Part shown: positions 10,964-22,052 of the stretch, piece by piece
Position numbering within the stretch: position 1 is the first letter of the stretch
Layout: each line of letters begins with the position of its first letter
NCBI RefSeq assembly: GCF_044647545.1
Contig: NZ_CP172818.1
Source of the DNA: Escherichia coli
GTDB taxonomy: Bacteria; Pseudomonadota; Gammaproteobacteria; Enterobacterales; Enterobacteriaceae
DNA: 64,000 nucleotides
Reading direction: 5' to 3' (one strand)
Position numbers and translations under genes: made by a program
The notes under the pieces: generated by a model
Database searches by the model: none
What the model was told of the DNA's origin: nothing
Seen by the model: only the letters and a program-made list of their open reading frames with translations

Positions 10964-11923
10964 ATGCGGGTTTTGATCGTTAAAACATCGTCGATGGGCG
11001 ATGTTCTCCATACGTTGCCCGCACTCACTGATGCCCAGCAGGCAATCCCAGGGATTAAGTTTGACTGGGTGGTGGAAGAAGGGTTCGCACAGATTCCTTC
11101 CTGGCACGCCGCCGTTGAGCGAGTTATTCCTGTGGCAATACGTCGCTGGCGTAAAGCCTGGTTCTCGGCCCCCATAAAAGCTGAACGCAAAGCGTTTCGT
11201 GAAGCGCTACAAGCAGAGAACTATGACGCAGTTATCGATGCTCAGGGGCTGGTAAAAAGCGCGGCGCTGGTGACGCGTCTGGCGCATGGCGTAAAGCATG
11301 GCATGGACTGGCAAACCGCTCGCGAACCTTTAGCCAGCCTGTTTTACAATCGTAAGCATCATATTGCGAAACAGCAGCACGCCGTAGAACGCACCCGCGA
11401 ACTGTTTGCCAAAAGTTTGGGCTATAGCAAACCGCAAACCCAGGGCGATTATGCTATCGCACAGCATTTCCTGACGAACCGGCCTACAGATGCTGGCGAA
11501 TATGCCGTATTTCTTCATGCGACGACCCGTGATGATAAACACTGGCCGGAAGAACACTGGCGAGAATTGATTGGTTTACTGGCTGATTCAGGAATACGGA
11601 TTAAACTTCCGTGGGGCGCGCCGCATGAGGAAGAACGGGCGAAACGACTGGCGGAAGGATTTGCTTATGTTGAAGTATTGCCGAAGATGAGTCTGGAAGG
11701 CGTTGCCCGCGTGCTGGCCGGGGCTAAATTTGTAGTGTCGGTGGATACGGGGTTAAGCCATTTAACGGCGGCACTGGATAGACCCAATATCACGGTTTAT
11801 GGACCAACCGATCCTGGATTAATTGGTGGGTATGGGAAGAATCAGATGGTTTGTAGGGCTCCAAGAGAAAATTTAAATAACCTCAACAGTCAAGCAGTTT
11901 TGGAAAAGTTATCATCATTATAA
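10964..11923 (+). CDS. waaC: LPS heptosyltransferase I
   Basis: 319 aa ORF, GT9; synteny. Confidence 0.93.
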   Translation: MRVLIVKTSSMGDVLHTLPALTDAQQAIPGIKFDWVVEEGFAQIPSWHAAVERVIPVAIRRWRKAWFSAPIKAERKAFREALQAENYDAVIDAQGLVKSAALVTRLAHGVKHGMDWQTAREPLASLFYNRKHHIAKQQHAVERTRELFAKSLGYSKPQTQGDYAIAQHFLTNRPTDAGEYAVFLHATTRDDKHWPEEHWRELIGLLADSGIRIKLPWGAPHEEERAKRLAEGFAYVEVLPKMSLEGVARVLAGAKFVVSVDTGLSHLTAALDRPNITVYGPTDPGLIGGYGKNQMVCRAPRENLNNLNSQAVLEKLSSL

Positions 11924-11932
11924 AGGTAAAAC

Positions 11933-13192
11933 ATGCTAACATCCTTTAAACTTCATTCATTGAAACCTTACACTCTGAAATCATCAATGATTTTAGAGAT
12001 AATAACTTATATATTATGTTTTTTTTCAATGATAATTGCATTCGTCGATAATACTTTCAGCATAAAAATATATAATATCACTGCTATAGTTTGCTTATTG
12101 TCACTAATTTTACGTGGCAGACAAGAAAATTATAATATAAAAAACCTTATTCTTCCCCTTTCTATATTTTTAATAGGCTTGCTTGATTTAATTTGGTATT
12201 CTGCGTTTAAAGTAGATAATTCGCCATTTCGTGCTACTTACCATAGTTATTTAAATACTGCCAAAATATTTATATTTGGTTCTTTTATTGTTTTCTTGAC
12301 ACTAACTAGCCAGCTAAAATCAAAAAAAGAGAGTGTATTATACACTTTGTATTCTCTGTCATTTCTAATTGCTGGATATGCAATGTATATTAATAGCATT
12401 CATGAAAATGACCGCATTTCTTTTGGTGTAGGAACGGCAACAGGAGCAGCATATTCAACAATGCTAATAGGGATAGTTAGTGGCGTTGCGATTCTTTATA
12501 CTAAGAAAAATCATCCTTTTTTATTTTTATTAAATAGTTGCGCGGTACTTTATGTTCTGGCGCTAACACAAACCAGAGCAACCCTACTCCTGTTCCCTAT
12601 AATTTGTGTTGCTGCATTAATAGCTTATTATAATAAATCACCCAAGAAATTCACTTCCTCTATTGTTCTACTAATTGCTATATTAGCTAGCATTGTTATT
12701 ATATTTAATAAACCAATACAGAATCGCTATAATGAAGCATTAAATGACTTAAACAGTTATACCAATGCTAATAGTGTTACTTCCCTAGGTGCAAGACTGG
12801 CAATGTACGAAATTGGTTTAAATATATTCATAAAGTCACCTTTTTCATTTAGATCAGCAGAGTCACGCGCTGAAAGTATGAATTTGTTAGTTGCAGAACA
12901 CAATAGGCTAAGAGGGGCATTGGAGTTTTCTAACGTACATCTACATAATGAGATAATTGAAGCAGGGTCACTGAAAGGTCTGATGGGAATTTTTTCCACA
13001 CTTTTCCTCTATTTTTCACTATTTTATATAGCATATAAAAAACGAGCTTTGGGTTTGTTGATATTAACGCTTGGCATTGTGGGGATTGGACTCAGTGATG
13101 TGATCATATGGGCACGCAGCATTCCAATTATCATTATATCCGCTATAGTCCTCTTACTCGTCATTAATAATCGTAACAATACAATTAATTAA
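11933..13192 (+). CDS. waaL: O-antigen ligase
   Basis: 419 aa polytopic membrane protein, AT-rich codon usage; position after waaC; length equals K-12 WaaL. Confidence 0.9.
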   Translation: MLTSFKLHSLKPYTLKSSMILEIITYILCFFSMIIAFVDNTFSIKIYNITAIVCLLSLILRGRQENYNIKNLILPLSIFLIGLLDLIWYSAFKVDNSPFRATYHSYLNTAKIFIFGSFIVFLTLTSQLKSKKESVLYTLYSLSFLIAGYAMYINSIHENDRISFGVGTATGAAYSTMLIGIVSGVAILYTKKNHPFLFLLNSCAVLYVLALTQTRATLLLFPIICVAALIAYYNKSPKKFTSSIVLLIAILASIVIIFNKPIQNRYNEALNDLNSYTNANSVTSLGARLAMYEIGLNIFIKSPFSFRSAESRAESMNLLVAEHNRLRGALEFSNVHLHNEIIEAGSLKGLMGIFSTLFLYFSLFYIAYKKRALGLLILTLGIVGIGLSDVIIWARSIPIIIISAIVLLLVINNRNNTIN

Positions 13193-13206
13193 GAATAAAC
13201 AAGTTT

Positions 13207-13232
13207 AAGAAGTGAGTTAAAACTCACTTCTT
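13207..13232. terminator. Perfect palindrome between convergent waaL and waaU (putative bidirectional terminator)
   Basis: aagaagtgagtt-aa-aactcacttctt inverted repeat overlapping the waaU stop codon. Confidence 0.4.
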
Positions 13233-14297
13233 ATCTATACAACTTAATCTCTTTACTGAATTAGTTAAAGTTTCAGTATCGATATCTTTTACCGTATATG
13301 TTGGGGATACTATTTGTATAGATTTATGATGATTCGGGGACCAAATTAAATGCGAGGGATATTCCGGAGTACGTGAATTAGGGTAAAATGCAAGCGTTGG
13401 TTTATGATAAGCCGCAGCGATATGAACAAGAGCTGTATCAACAGAAATGACAAAATCACTATACTTGGTCAACGCAACGGTATAAATAAACTCATCAAAT
13501 GGTAGTGTTTCGATTTCAAGTATTGGTATTGTCAATAAATCTTGCGGTAACCCGGTAAATATAATCCGATAATTTTCAAAGTGTGTTTTCACTTCTTGAT
13601 ATATAACTTTTATTTGCTCAAACGTAAGACGGCATATTTTTTTTGCACCTAATGGATTAATAATGACTATTCTTGTATCTCCAATAAATTCTTTTATTTT
13701 ATCTTCAACATCTACTGGTAAATGCAAGTCGTAGTTGGTGGAAAATTTACCCTCACCATAAATATGCTTCAGTATTTCTATTGCTCGTGTACTCATATGT
13801 TCTTTTAAACATTCATCGTGGGGATGGTAAAATGAATAGTAACGCTTATACCAATGATCAAAACCCAGAATGTAAGAATCTTTTAAACTTGATAATATTA
13901 AGCTATGCTTAAATGAGGGCATAGTTTCAAAGGGGTCTAATACAATATCGAACTGTAAATCCCGCAGATGCTTACATAGAGTAAGCATTTCAAGAAAACC
14001 GGTTGATTCTTTAATACAGAACTCAAATATATTTTTATTATTAGAGAGAAATTCCCCACCCTTTCTATTTGTGAGAAGAGTTATTTTAACCCCTTTACTA
14101 TAAAGTTCACGATAAATCGAACTTAATACAATTAGATCACCAAGTTTATTATTATCATGAATAATAAGGCATGATTTAACTTGTGCTGGATCTGTAATTT
14201 GATTATTTATTTTATTACGAAATAAAAAAGAAAGGAAATTAATCTTGATTTTGTTTATATAAAATCTTTTCTTTTTGTGAAAAGTTCCTAAGCGCAT
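13224..14297 (-). CDS. waaU: LPS core heptosyltransferase IV (RfaK/WaaU, K-12 type)
   Basis: 357 aa ORF, GT9-like; last gene of waaQ operon; length equals K-12 WaaU. Confidence 0.85.
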   Translation of the reverse strand: MRLGTFHKKKRFYINKIKINFLSFLFRNKINNQITDPAQVKSCLIIHDNNKLGDLIVLSSIYRELYSKGVKITLLTNRKGGEFLSNNKNIFEFCIKESTGFLEMLTLCKHLRDLQFDIVLDPFETMPSFKHSLILSSLKDSYILGFDHWYKRYYSFYHPHDECLKEHMSTRAIEILKHIYGEGKFSTNYDLHLPVDVEDKIKEFIGDTRIVIINPLGAKKICRLTFEQIKVIYQEVKTHFENYRIIFTGLPQDLLTIPILEIETLPFDEFIYTVALTKYSDFVISVDTALVHIAAAYHKPTLAFYPNSRTPEYPSHLIWSPNHHKSIQIVSPTYTVKDIDTETLTNSVKRLSCIDKK

Positions 14298-14329
14298 TTT
14301 TATACCATATTATTTTAGTTTCAGGATGA

Positions 14330-15181
14330 TTAATTAGCATAAGAATCGGTTGAAGTTCTATATTGCATTTTTTTTCTTGTCATATCTTTTGATTCTTCTG
14401 CACTGATGTCTTGAAGTTTAATAAATGGAATTACATCGTAAGAAATAGCTGTATCATCTGATAAATTATAAATATTAATATCTTTTACATTATCATGCAT
14501 AAAACGAAAAAATGGCAATATTTTGAATAAATCCCTACTTAATTCCGAGGGCATGGGATTTTTATTCTCATCATAGAAACGAGAACAGCTACCCGTTAAA
14601 TCAAGACCAGAACAAATAATCCGCGCATACTTAAGTGAATATGCGATTTGAATTGCAGCAAAGGCAATAGTATGGCATGAGCAATAACCAAGACTAATGT
14701 CCTTGCAAAATCCAACCAGACGACCTTTTTTAGACAACGGTACAGAGATCAGCAGTTCTTTGTGAATCTGTCTCAAAATATTAAATTTAATCTTCTTTAT
14801 AAAACCACCTTTTTCCCGACGGTAAAAGGACCGTAATACGAGGCAGTTCTGGAGGATATAAAGTTTATCTTCTTTGGAAGCGTGTTCATAAACGTCAACG
14901 TTTACTATGGTATAACGACTTCTCTGGCTAAATTTATAAAAATCATCACGACGCTGATGTAAAAATCGGACATCTGTAAGTACATATATAAAAGGAACGA
15001 TATTATTACTTAACAGATATTGCGCAGAACCATTGACAGCAATAATATCCTTTGTTCGTAATACTGACAAAGGTGTTTTTTGCGATGTAGGGCCCGAAAG
15101 AAAAATAATAACATCATCAGATATTTTATTTTCAATCAGGTTTTCAACATCTTTTTTGTCAATGTATCTAATATTCTTCAT
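14330..15181 (-). CDS. waaZ: LPS core biosynthesis protein WaaZ (KdoIII-associated)
   Basis: 283 aa ORF; position and length as in K-12 waa cluster. Confidence 0.8.
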   Translation of the reverse strand: MKNIRYIDKKDVENLIENKISDDVIIFLSGPTSQKTPLSVLRTKDIIAVNGSAQYLLSNNIVPFIYVLTDVRFLHQRRDDFYKFSQRSRYTIVNVDVYEHASKEDKLYILQNCLVLRSFYRREKGGFIKKIKFNILRQIHKELLISVPLSKKGRLVGFCKDISLGYCSCHTIAFAAIQIAYSLKYARIICSGLDLTGSCSRFYDENKNPMPSELSRDLFKILPFFRFMHDNVKDINIYNLSDDTAISYDVIPFIKLQDISAEESKDMTRKKMQYRTSTDSYAN

Positions 15182-15251
15182 GATAAACCTGTGAAATAAA
15201 TAACTCCGCTTAAAACTGTCCTGGTGAAGACATGTAATTGTGGGATTTTTT

Positions 15252-15950
15252 TTAGCGCGCTGGTTTCCCTTTCAAACGCCGCATAAAATTGCGCATTTTT
15301 TTACGATATACTAAAAGATAATAGCCTAGATCTCTAATCTCATTTTTAATACCGTAATGACGCTCTAAGTCAATACGATCTTTCGCTTTACGCTGCGCTG
15401 AAGCACGCTTTCCGGAGAGATCGATAATTCGAACCTCACCATTTTTTATAATGAAGTTACCACGATGGGGGTCGCCAGAAACCATGCCATGTTGATGTAA
15501 GGCATTAATTGATTGCTGAATTTTATTTTTTAGCGCATCATCAATATCGGGCATATCACACAACTCTATGCCATCAATATACTCGATGATCATGATATAA
15601 GTATGGACAAAACGTAAGGTTTTCCGTTCAGCCAATAAATAAAAGTCATTGAGTGTATTTAACCCTTCATTTCGTACTTTTTGGGTTTGCTCAAAAAGGC
15701 GTTCGTAATAATCACCTTTTAACAGAGACTTAAAGAAACGTTCGTTACGCTTAACTTTCGGAGAAAAAACCTTAAGAATCAATTTACCGTAATCGGTATC
15801 AATAAGCATAACTTTTGTATCATCAATAGAACGAAAAACCTTGATGATATTTATATTATAAGACAAGAAGTCATTTAATACATTGAGGTACTTTGAATTG
15901 TTTTCATCGGTAAAAACAACCAAGTCTTTGATCTTGCTCTTCTGAATCAT
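15252..15950 (-). CDS. waaY: LPS core heptose(II) kinase
   Basis: 232 aa ORF, kinase-like (HGDPHRGNF); position and length as K-12 WaaY. Confidence 0.85.
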   Translation of the reverse strand: MIQKSKIKDLVVFTDENNSKYLNVLNDFLSYNINIIKVFRSIDDTKVMLIDTDYGKLILKVFSPKVKRNERFFKSLLKGDYYERLFEQTQKVRNEGLNTLNDFYLLAERKTLRFVHTYIMIIEYIDGIELCDMPDIDDALKNKIQQSINALHQHGMVSGDPHRGNFIIKNGEVRIIDLSGKRASAQRKAKDRIDLERHYGIKNEIRDLGYYLLVYRKKMRNFMRRLKGKPAR

Positions 15951-15967
15951 AATAAACCAGTTAAATG

Positions 15968-16984
15968 TTATTTACGGTAATATTTTCGGCAAAGATAACA
16001 GACTCCTGCTATAATTCCTGAGATATAATGATGTTGCACTAAAAGATGTTTATATCTTTTTTTAAATTCAATAATTGATTTCGCATCTCGTGGAGAGTCA
16101 TCTTTCCAGGGGGAATTTTCTAAAGCTATTTTATAGTATTTTACCGATGGATAAATTGCCCATTTGTGCCACGGTTTAGTTGCACCTGTATAATGAATAA
16201 GAAGAGTACTTTCTGTAATCAGCTTTTTATAGTTTTGATGTGTTTTGTCTTTTAATTCACTTTTAATTGTATAAATTGTATTGTACTCACGAGGCAAAAA
16301 TAATGTCATCCCTTTCAGTAAGACATTCATAACATCCTGATCAGGGTATTTATAAACATTATCTTTACTCATAAGAATAGACAACGCTTTTTCTGTTAGT
16401 TTTGCGTCAGCCCATTTTTTTAAGTCTAAATAAACGACACCGGAATTAAAGTACTGCCCAAGTAATTCAGGATCAGACAACCTGGATACCGCCTTTTCTT
16501 GCATTGGCTCAACATCTTTAACAACAGCAGCAACCGCTCCATTTAAACCCAGATGTAATAGTTGGCTAATATCGCCTTTACAAACAACATCTGCATCAAG
16601 ATAAAGCAAACGATCAAGCGTTAAACCCAATAATTGAAATGCAAATAAACGGAAGTACATTGCTCTTGACCAGACCTGTGTACAAGGCAAGCACTGGAGC
16701 TTATCAGTGTTAATTCTATATAACGTGATTCTTAATTGGTTTTGCTCTGCAAGCTTTGCAATTTTTTGAAAAAAACCATCATTATAAACATCAGCAATAA
16801 TATAAAAATCAAGATTAATATGTCGATTATTTAGGACAATTGATGTGATGGAAACACCTACACCATCAAGATAATTAGCATCGACACCATAGGCAACATT
16901 TAAACATTCAGAAGTATTTATATTAGCTAGCCGAAAATCCCAGGCTTTAACTTTATCTATCTCTATGGCAGGAAATGAGTCCAC
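15968..16984 (-). CDS. waaJ: LPS alpha-1,2-glucosyltransferase (GT8; RfaJ, called WaaR in Heinrichs nomenclature)
   Basis: 338 aa ORF, GT8 family with DxD; position and length as K-12. Confidence 0.85.
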   Translation of the reverse strand: MDSFPAIEIDKVKAWDFRLANINTSECLNVAYGVDANYLDGVGVSITSIVLNNRHINLDFYIIADVYNDGFFQKIAKLAEQNQLRITLYRINTDKLQCLPCTQVWSRAMYFRLFAFQLLGLTLDRLLYLDADVVCKGDISQLLHLGLNGAVAAVVKDVEPMQEKAVSRLSDPELLGQYFNSGVVYLDLKKWADAKLTEKALSILMSKDNVYKYPDQDVMNVLLKGMTLFLPREYNTIYTIKSELKDKTHQNYKKLITESTLLIHYTGATKPWHKWAIYPSVKYYKIALENSPWKDDSPRDAKSIIEFKKRYKHLLVQHHYISGIIAGVCYLCRKYYRK

Positions 16985-17023
16985 AATGCTACCCTTATAT
17001 CATTACTTTATAGTTTCCCAGTT

Positions 17024-18043
17024 TTAATGCTTTATCTTTTCAATAAAATAAAAAAGATAGTTGCTAAATCCTTTTAGATATCTATGCTTTTTAAGCATAT
17101 GTTTTGCGCTATATCTTAATTGATTGCTATTGTTCGGTTTCAGCAACGCCGTATTCTTCCATGGCGAAGCATTTTTTGCCTCCATAAAGGCTTGTGATAC
17201 AGGATAATCCCAGGCCCAATCATGCCAGGGCTTGGTTGGCCCGATATAATGGATAAAAATAGTATCGTTGGTTACTGGGTTTATAAAGCTTTCTTTGAGT
17301 TGATAATTTAAGCTGAACTGGGTGTTATATTTAATATCAGCGAAAATAAGTTTATCCGCCAGCAACATATTTAACACATCCTGATCAGGATGTGTTATTT
17401 TTTTGATTATTTCTGGCTCATTTAGCATTGCAATAGCTCGTGCAGAAACCTGCTGAGCCGCCCATTGGGCAGTATTAATCAATAAAAAACCGGAGTTAAA
17501 GTAACCTTTAGCAATTCCCGCAACACCTAACGAATGGGCGCGTTTTTCCCACCAGTCAGCTTGCCCTTCTGTAACAACCATTGCGACTTTATCGTCAGGA
17601 AATGAGAAATTAATTAGTGGCTCAATAGTCCCCTGACAAATGATATCTGCATCCAGATAAAGGACTTTAGGCGCCTTATTAATAAAGTAATCTGCAATAA
17701 CAAAACGAAAATATATTGCATGAGTCCAATTCTTAGTGCTAGGCAATGAGCGCAGTCGATCACCATTAATCAGATATATTTTAATTCTGGTTTTATACTG
17801 CAACGCCAGGGCATCAAAATACTTACGATCATCATCACCAAAATAATCAGTAAAAATATGGAAACACAATCGACTTCCTTCATTATATTTTAATATTGAA
17901 GCAATCGAAATTCCGCAACCAAATAGAAAGTTTTTGTCAGTTCCATAAGCGATGTCCAGACAAAGATTTTCTGTTTCTACTTTATGATCATAATCAATAA
18001 CTGAATTAAGAAACTCAGTTTCCTGGAAAAACACCTGCTGCAT
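17024..18043 (-). CDS. waaO: LPS alpha-1,3-glycosyltransferase (GT8; RfaI/WaaO)
   Basis: 339 aa ORF, GT8 family, paralogous to waaJ; position and length as K-12. Confidence 0.85.
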   Translation of the reverse strand: MQQVFFQETEFLNSVIDYDHKVETENLCLDIAYGTDKNFLFGCGISIASILKYNEGSRLCFHIFTDYFGDDDRKYFDALALQYKTRIKIYLINGDRLRSLPSTKNWTHAIYFRFVIADYFINKAPKVLYLDADIICQGTIEPLINFSFPDDKVAMVVTEGQADWWEKRAHSLGVAGIAKGYFNSGFLLINTAQWAAQQVSARAIAMLNEPEIIKKITHPDQDVLNMLLADKLIFADIKYNTQFSLNYQLKESFINPVTNDTIFIHYIGPTKPWHDWAWDYPVSQAFMEAKNASPWKNTALLKPNNSNQLRYSAKHMLKKHRYLKGFSNYLFYFIEKIKH

Positions 18044-19122
18044 TATTTCCTCCGGGAAATAGCAGAAATAATTACCTTATGTAATCTATCGTAATACTTC
18101 GATTGGTAAAATTCATCGATCGACGCAGGAATTTTTTCATGTTCGATATGAATTTCACCTGCTATATATTTATTTAGAAGAGTTACAAAACCAGCAATAT
18201 CTCCCGGTTGATACAGATGGCCATTGACATCAGGTTGAATAATGTCAGCAGGCCCGGAGACACAATCGGCACTGATACAAGGAATCCCCCACGACAAGGC
18301 TTCAAGTAGGGTCATTGGGAAACCTTCAAAAGATGACGTGAGCAATAACGCACTCACTTTTTCAATATCTTGCTGGACCAATTCCCAGGGATATTGTTGC
18401 CAACCATACCAGACAATTCGATCATCAATATTTAATTCTCTACCATAAGCCTGGCATTTTTCGAAATCGGAGCCATCACCCAATACATGGAGTTTCCAGT
18501 TACCTTTCGCTTGTGATAAGCCATCAAGCAGGTCTTTAACTCTTTTCTGGCCTTCAAATTTCATACGCCCAACATAAATAAACGTTGCCGTTTCACCTTC
18601 CTCGGGCGCGGGAATGACTGAGTCTTTAGTTTCGACGGGATTAAAAATAACATTTATCGTCGATTCTGCTACACCTCGATTAATCATTTGCTGTTTAATG
18701 CCAGAGCTGATTGCTAAATGATAGTCGGCACAGGTGATATATTCAGCATGTTTTTTGTGATCTAAAGAAAAATGTGGCCATGAAAATACTGGCATATCAA
18801 TTCCTGATTTTTTACGTGCTTTTGCGGCAAACAGGCAGGAGATCACATCAATACAAATAACGATATCTGGTTGGTACTCCTGAAGCCATTTACTTAGAGC
18901 ATGAATATGTTTCGCCCGACGCAAAAAACCTAAACGAATATTGGAAAATGAACATGAGTATTTAATACCTTCCAGCCATCCCTTATCCATTTTGTCATTA
19001 CGACAAAAGAAAAACATTTCACTTTGGATATGTTGTTGCCTGAAGGTAGTAATAACATCACGGATGACAGTTTCCATGCCGCCAAATCCAGAAACAGCTT
19101 CGCCGATAAACGCTATTTTCAT
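18043..19122 (-). CDS. waaB: LPS alpha-1,6-galactosyltransferase (GT4)
   Basis: ORF 18043..19152 trimmed to MKIAFIG start giving 359 aa; GT4 family; position as K-12. Confidence 0.85.
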   Translation of the reverse strand: MKIAFIGEAVSGFGGMETVIRDVITTFRQQHIQSEMFFFCRNDKMDKGWLEGIKYSCSFSNIRLGFLRRAKHIHALSKWLQEYQPDIVICIDVISCLFAAKARKKSGIDMPVFSWPHFSLDHKKHAEYITCADYHLAISSGIKQQMINRGVAESTINVIFNPVETKDSVIPAPEEGETATFIYVGRMKFEGQKRVKDLLDGLSQAKGNWKLHVLGDGSDFEKCQAYGRELNIDDRIVWYGWQQYPWELVQQDIEKVSALLLTSSFEGFPMTLLEALSWGIPCISADCVSGPADIIQPDVNGHLYQPGDIAGFVTLLNKYIAGEIHIEHEKIPASIDEFYQSKYYDRLHKVIISAISRRK

Positions 19123-19165
19123 AGAAACTCTCATTAATTGAGTAAAACTCACTGTTTTAACGGTT

Positions 19166-20101
19166 TTATTTGTCTATAAAATCAGAAACAATCGTTGACA
19201 TCATTTTATCTGGACTGAATTTATATAAACTATCATAATCCATTGGTTTAACAGATGAGTTAATAAAATACTCTAACTTATCCCAATCATCATGACCTAT
19301 TATAAAAAAGCGAGATTCACTATAGATTTCTGAACCAAATACATTTATATTATTAGTAATTAATTTTTTATTGAAAAATAGTGCCTCAAGTATACGAAGA
19401 GTCCAGCCAGATTGGTTTTCTTTGGTTATATCAACAATTATATTAGCATTTAATGTTCTTCTAATATTCTCTTCATAAGATATTTGTTTTTCAATCAAAT
19501 ACTTTGAAGTCGTAGATGATGTCTTATCTTTGACAACATTAAAATCTAGCTTACATCCTAGTGTTGTTAATCTCTCGGCTAACTCATTAATTATTTGAAG
19601 ACGCCCTTTATCACGACCAAGGAAAAAACATATTGGCTGGCTGTTATTTTTGTCAGATAAACTATAATTTCTAATTTCATCCATTCCTATAGGAAAAAAT
19701 TGTTCTATTGCCTTGATCTTTTCATTCCCTATAAATCTATGCTCAAAATCATATATAATATCGAAATAATTCGCGTTATCAAGAATAAAATCTTCGCCAA
19801 CAGTATTTCTTAGAAGCAAAACTTTATGACAGTTAATATTTTTTAATATTTGTTTATTGATACCTTTATTAACAACACTGTCATTAATGATAATTATGTC
19901 ATCTTTTTTAATATCATTGAGGTAATGCTTGATGAATAATCGCCCCAGCCATGCATTATCCATCCCTATTTTTGATATTTTTTTATTAATCCAGTTATAT
20001 TTTTTTGGTGTTGTTATATTTTTTATCTTGTACTTTTTTTTCAGGTACTGAATCATTTTTAATTCATAATCTGCAACCCAATTTATAAAATAAATAGTCA
20101 T
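19166..20101 (-). CDS. waaS: LPS core biosynthesis protein WaaS
   Basis: 311 aa ORF, very AT-rich; position and length as K-12 WaaS. Confidence 0.8.
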
Positions 20102-20137
20102 AATAAAGTTAGTTCCAGTACATACTAATAAATATTT

Positions 20138-20935
20138 TTATAATCCTTTGCGTTGTGTTCGCTCTTTAATACGCTCGGCCTTAACGCTTGCCATGTTCAA
20201 TAAATTCTGTTCAAGAGACAATATTTTGCGTAAAGGCATCCCAAAATACACTTTCATAAACCGCCAGATATCCCGCTGAGTCAGGCCGATATTCATCGAA
20301 GAAAAATAAAGCCCAATAAGATCTTTATCGCGCCAACGACGTGGAACGCGCGTGCGAAGCTGCGCCCGGTGCAGGTCAATTACTGAAATTTTTAACTCCT
20401 CTTCCTTACCGGAAAAAGGCAAGTGCAGCAGGAAATGACAGATATAACAGTCACGGTGGTTAATGCCCGCAGCATGCATATCGCGCACCATCGTCGCGAC
20501 ACGCTTAATAAGCATACGCTTTACGCGAACATCTGGTGGGTTGGTCGCCCAGTCAGCACAGTAATCTTCCAGACTGATGGTTGGTGTCAGATCTTCGGTA
20601 ATAATAAACGAGGTTCTGGTCAGCGGATTAATGCCTTTTTCGCCGAATGCCACCCCATACATAGTATCAACGCCGACATCCCGCAGTCGATGAATCGCAT
20701 TCCATTCGCGGTCTGCGCCTAATACTGGCATCCGCAATGAGAGTAAATTTTTGATTATCTCTTTCAGGGTCGTGCCGCGATGCCATTTGAGAAAATAGCT
20801 TTTGCCCGCCATTTCAAAGCGCAGAGTGCGGCGAGTTTCCAGTTCACGAAATACCTCACCCTGCAAGGTTTTAACTTCCTCAAAAGGATCTTTACCGCGC
20901 CATAACGTGGCAAACGGCTCTTTAAGTTCAACCAT
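20138..20935 (-). CDS. waaP: LPS core heptose(I) kinase
   Basis: Trimmed to [14 protein letters not shown] start giving 265 aa; kinase motifs ([11 protein letters not shown]). Confidence 0.9.
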   Translation of the reverse strand: MVELKEPFATLWRGKDPFEEVKTLQGEVFRELETRRTLRFEMAGKSYFLKWHRGTTLKEIIKNLLSLRMPVLGADREWNAIHRLRDVGVDTMYGVAFGEKGINPLTRTSFIITEDLTPTISLEDYCADWATNPPDVRVKRMLIKRVATMVRDMHAAGINHRDCYICHFLLHLPFSGKEEELKISVIDLHRAQLRTRVPRRWRDKDLIGLYFSSMNIGLTQRDIWRFMKVYFGMPLRKILSLEQNLLNMASVKAERIKERTQRKGL

Positions 20936-22052
20936 CCAGACCACCCGTTATGATGTCCGCTGCTTTCTCTGGCAGACTGTATAAATCTTGTGTATCAGCA
21001 TAATGTCGCGCATTTTCTGCCCAGGCCTGGCGCAATGAAGATTGCGTTAACGCTTTGCGTAAAATCTCATTCAATGTTTCCTGGCGGAATGGCTCAGCAA
21101 TAGCCTCGCCGCAATTGGCGTCAACAATATAATGCGCATAGCCACAAACGGCTGTTGTTAGTACCGGTAATCCTGCAGTAATCGCTTCCAGCAGCACAAT
21201 TCCCGCCGCTTCCTGGTAGGCAGGATGAAGTAATAAATCCGCCGCCGCCATTAATTCCGAGACATCGTTGCGCCCCGAGAAGAAGTGAACATTACTGCGC
21301 ACGCCGCGTTTTTCTGCCAGCGCCTCAAATTTTCGCGGTTTATCCTGCCCAACAACATATAGTAATGTGTTGTGGCGCAGCGAATCCGGTAACGAAGCAA
21401 GTGCTTCAATGGAACGATCGACACCTTTACGCGTGAAGTCTGAACCGACCTGCAACAATAAATATTGTTGTTCGGTTATTCCATTCTTCTTACGGAAGAT
21501 TTCACGGCTATTCGCTGGTTGCTGGCTATATTTACGATCAGGATAAATCCCCGGTGGCAGAATATGAAAACGCTCCGCTTCAGTCTGATAATGTTTCTGG
21601 AAATCGGCGATTTGCTTATCTGTCAGCATCAGCAGCTGTGTCGGCTTGCCCTGTTCGAAGGTTGCCCGCTCAAAGGCGGCATAATGGCGATAACGTGACG
21701 TCAGGCGATAGAAAAAGCCTTTCTCCTGCGCTACTTTCTCGGCATAACAAACATCAGCGGCATAATAAACGTCCAGCCCCGGCATTTTATTAAATCCAAC
21801 GACTCTATCGACGGGGTATTCACGTAAATGTTTTTGCACCCAGGCAAAATATTCCGCATTGCGCCCGTGATTGGTATGCGATTTAACCGGCACTTTGATC
21901 AGTTCAAATACATCAGGGCATTCGCCTTCCCACGACTGGGTATAAACCCGAACATGATGACCTCGGGCGGCAACTGTCTGAGCAATACGCATAAAATCGC
22001 GCTGCAAACCGCCAAAGGGAAAATATTTATATAAACAAAAAGCAACGATCAT
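20928..22052 (-). CDS. waaG: LPS glucosyltransferase I (GT4)
   Basis: 374 aa ORF; overlaps waaP start and waaQ stop (translational coupling). Confidence 0.92.
   Translation of the reverse strand: MIVAFCLYKYFPFGGLQRDFMRIAQTVAARGHHVRVYTQSWEGECPDVFELIKVPVKSHTNHGRNAEYFAWVQKHLREYPVDRVVGFNKMPGLDVYYAADVCYAEKVAQEKGFFYRLTSRYRHYAAFERATFEQGKPTQLLMLTDKQIADFQKHYQTEAERFHILPPGIYPDRKYSQQPANSREIFRKKNGITEQQYLLLQVGSDFTRKGVDRSIEALASLPDSLRHNTLLYVVGQDKPRKFEALAEKRGVRSNVHFFSGRNDVSELMAAADLLLHPAYQEAAGIVLLEAITAGLPVLTTAVCGYAHYIVDANCGEAIAEPFRQETLNEILRKALTQSSLRQAWAENARHYADTQDLYSLPEKAADIITGGLDG

Noticed and set aside
12000-20101. AT-rich block as a candidate phage, defense or mobile island
   Set aside because: Every ORF corresponds in order and length to a K-12 LPS outer-core enzyme (glycosyltransferases, kinases, ligase); no integrase, transposase, nuclease or ATPase typical of defense systems.
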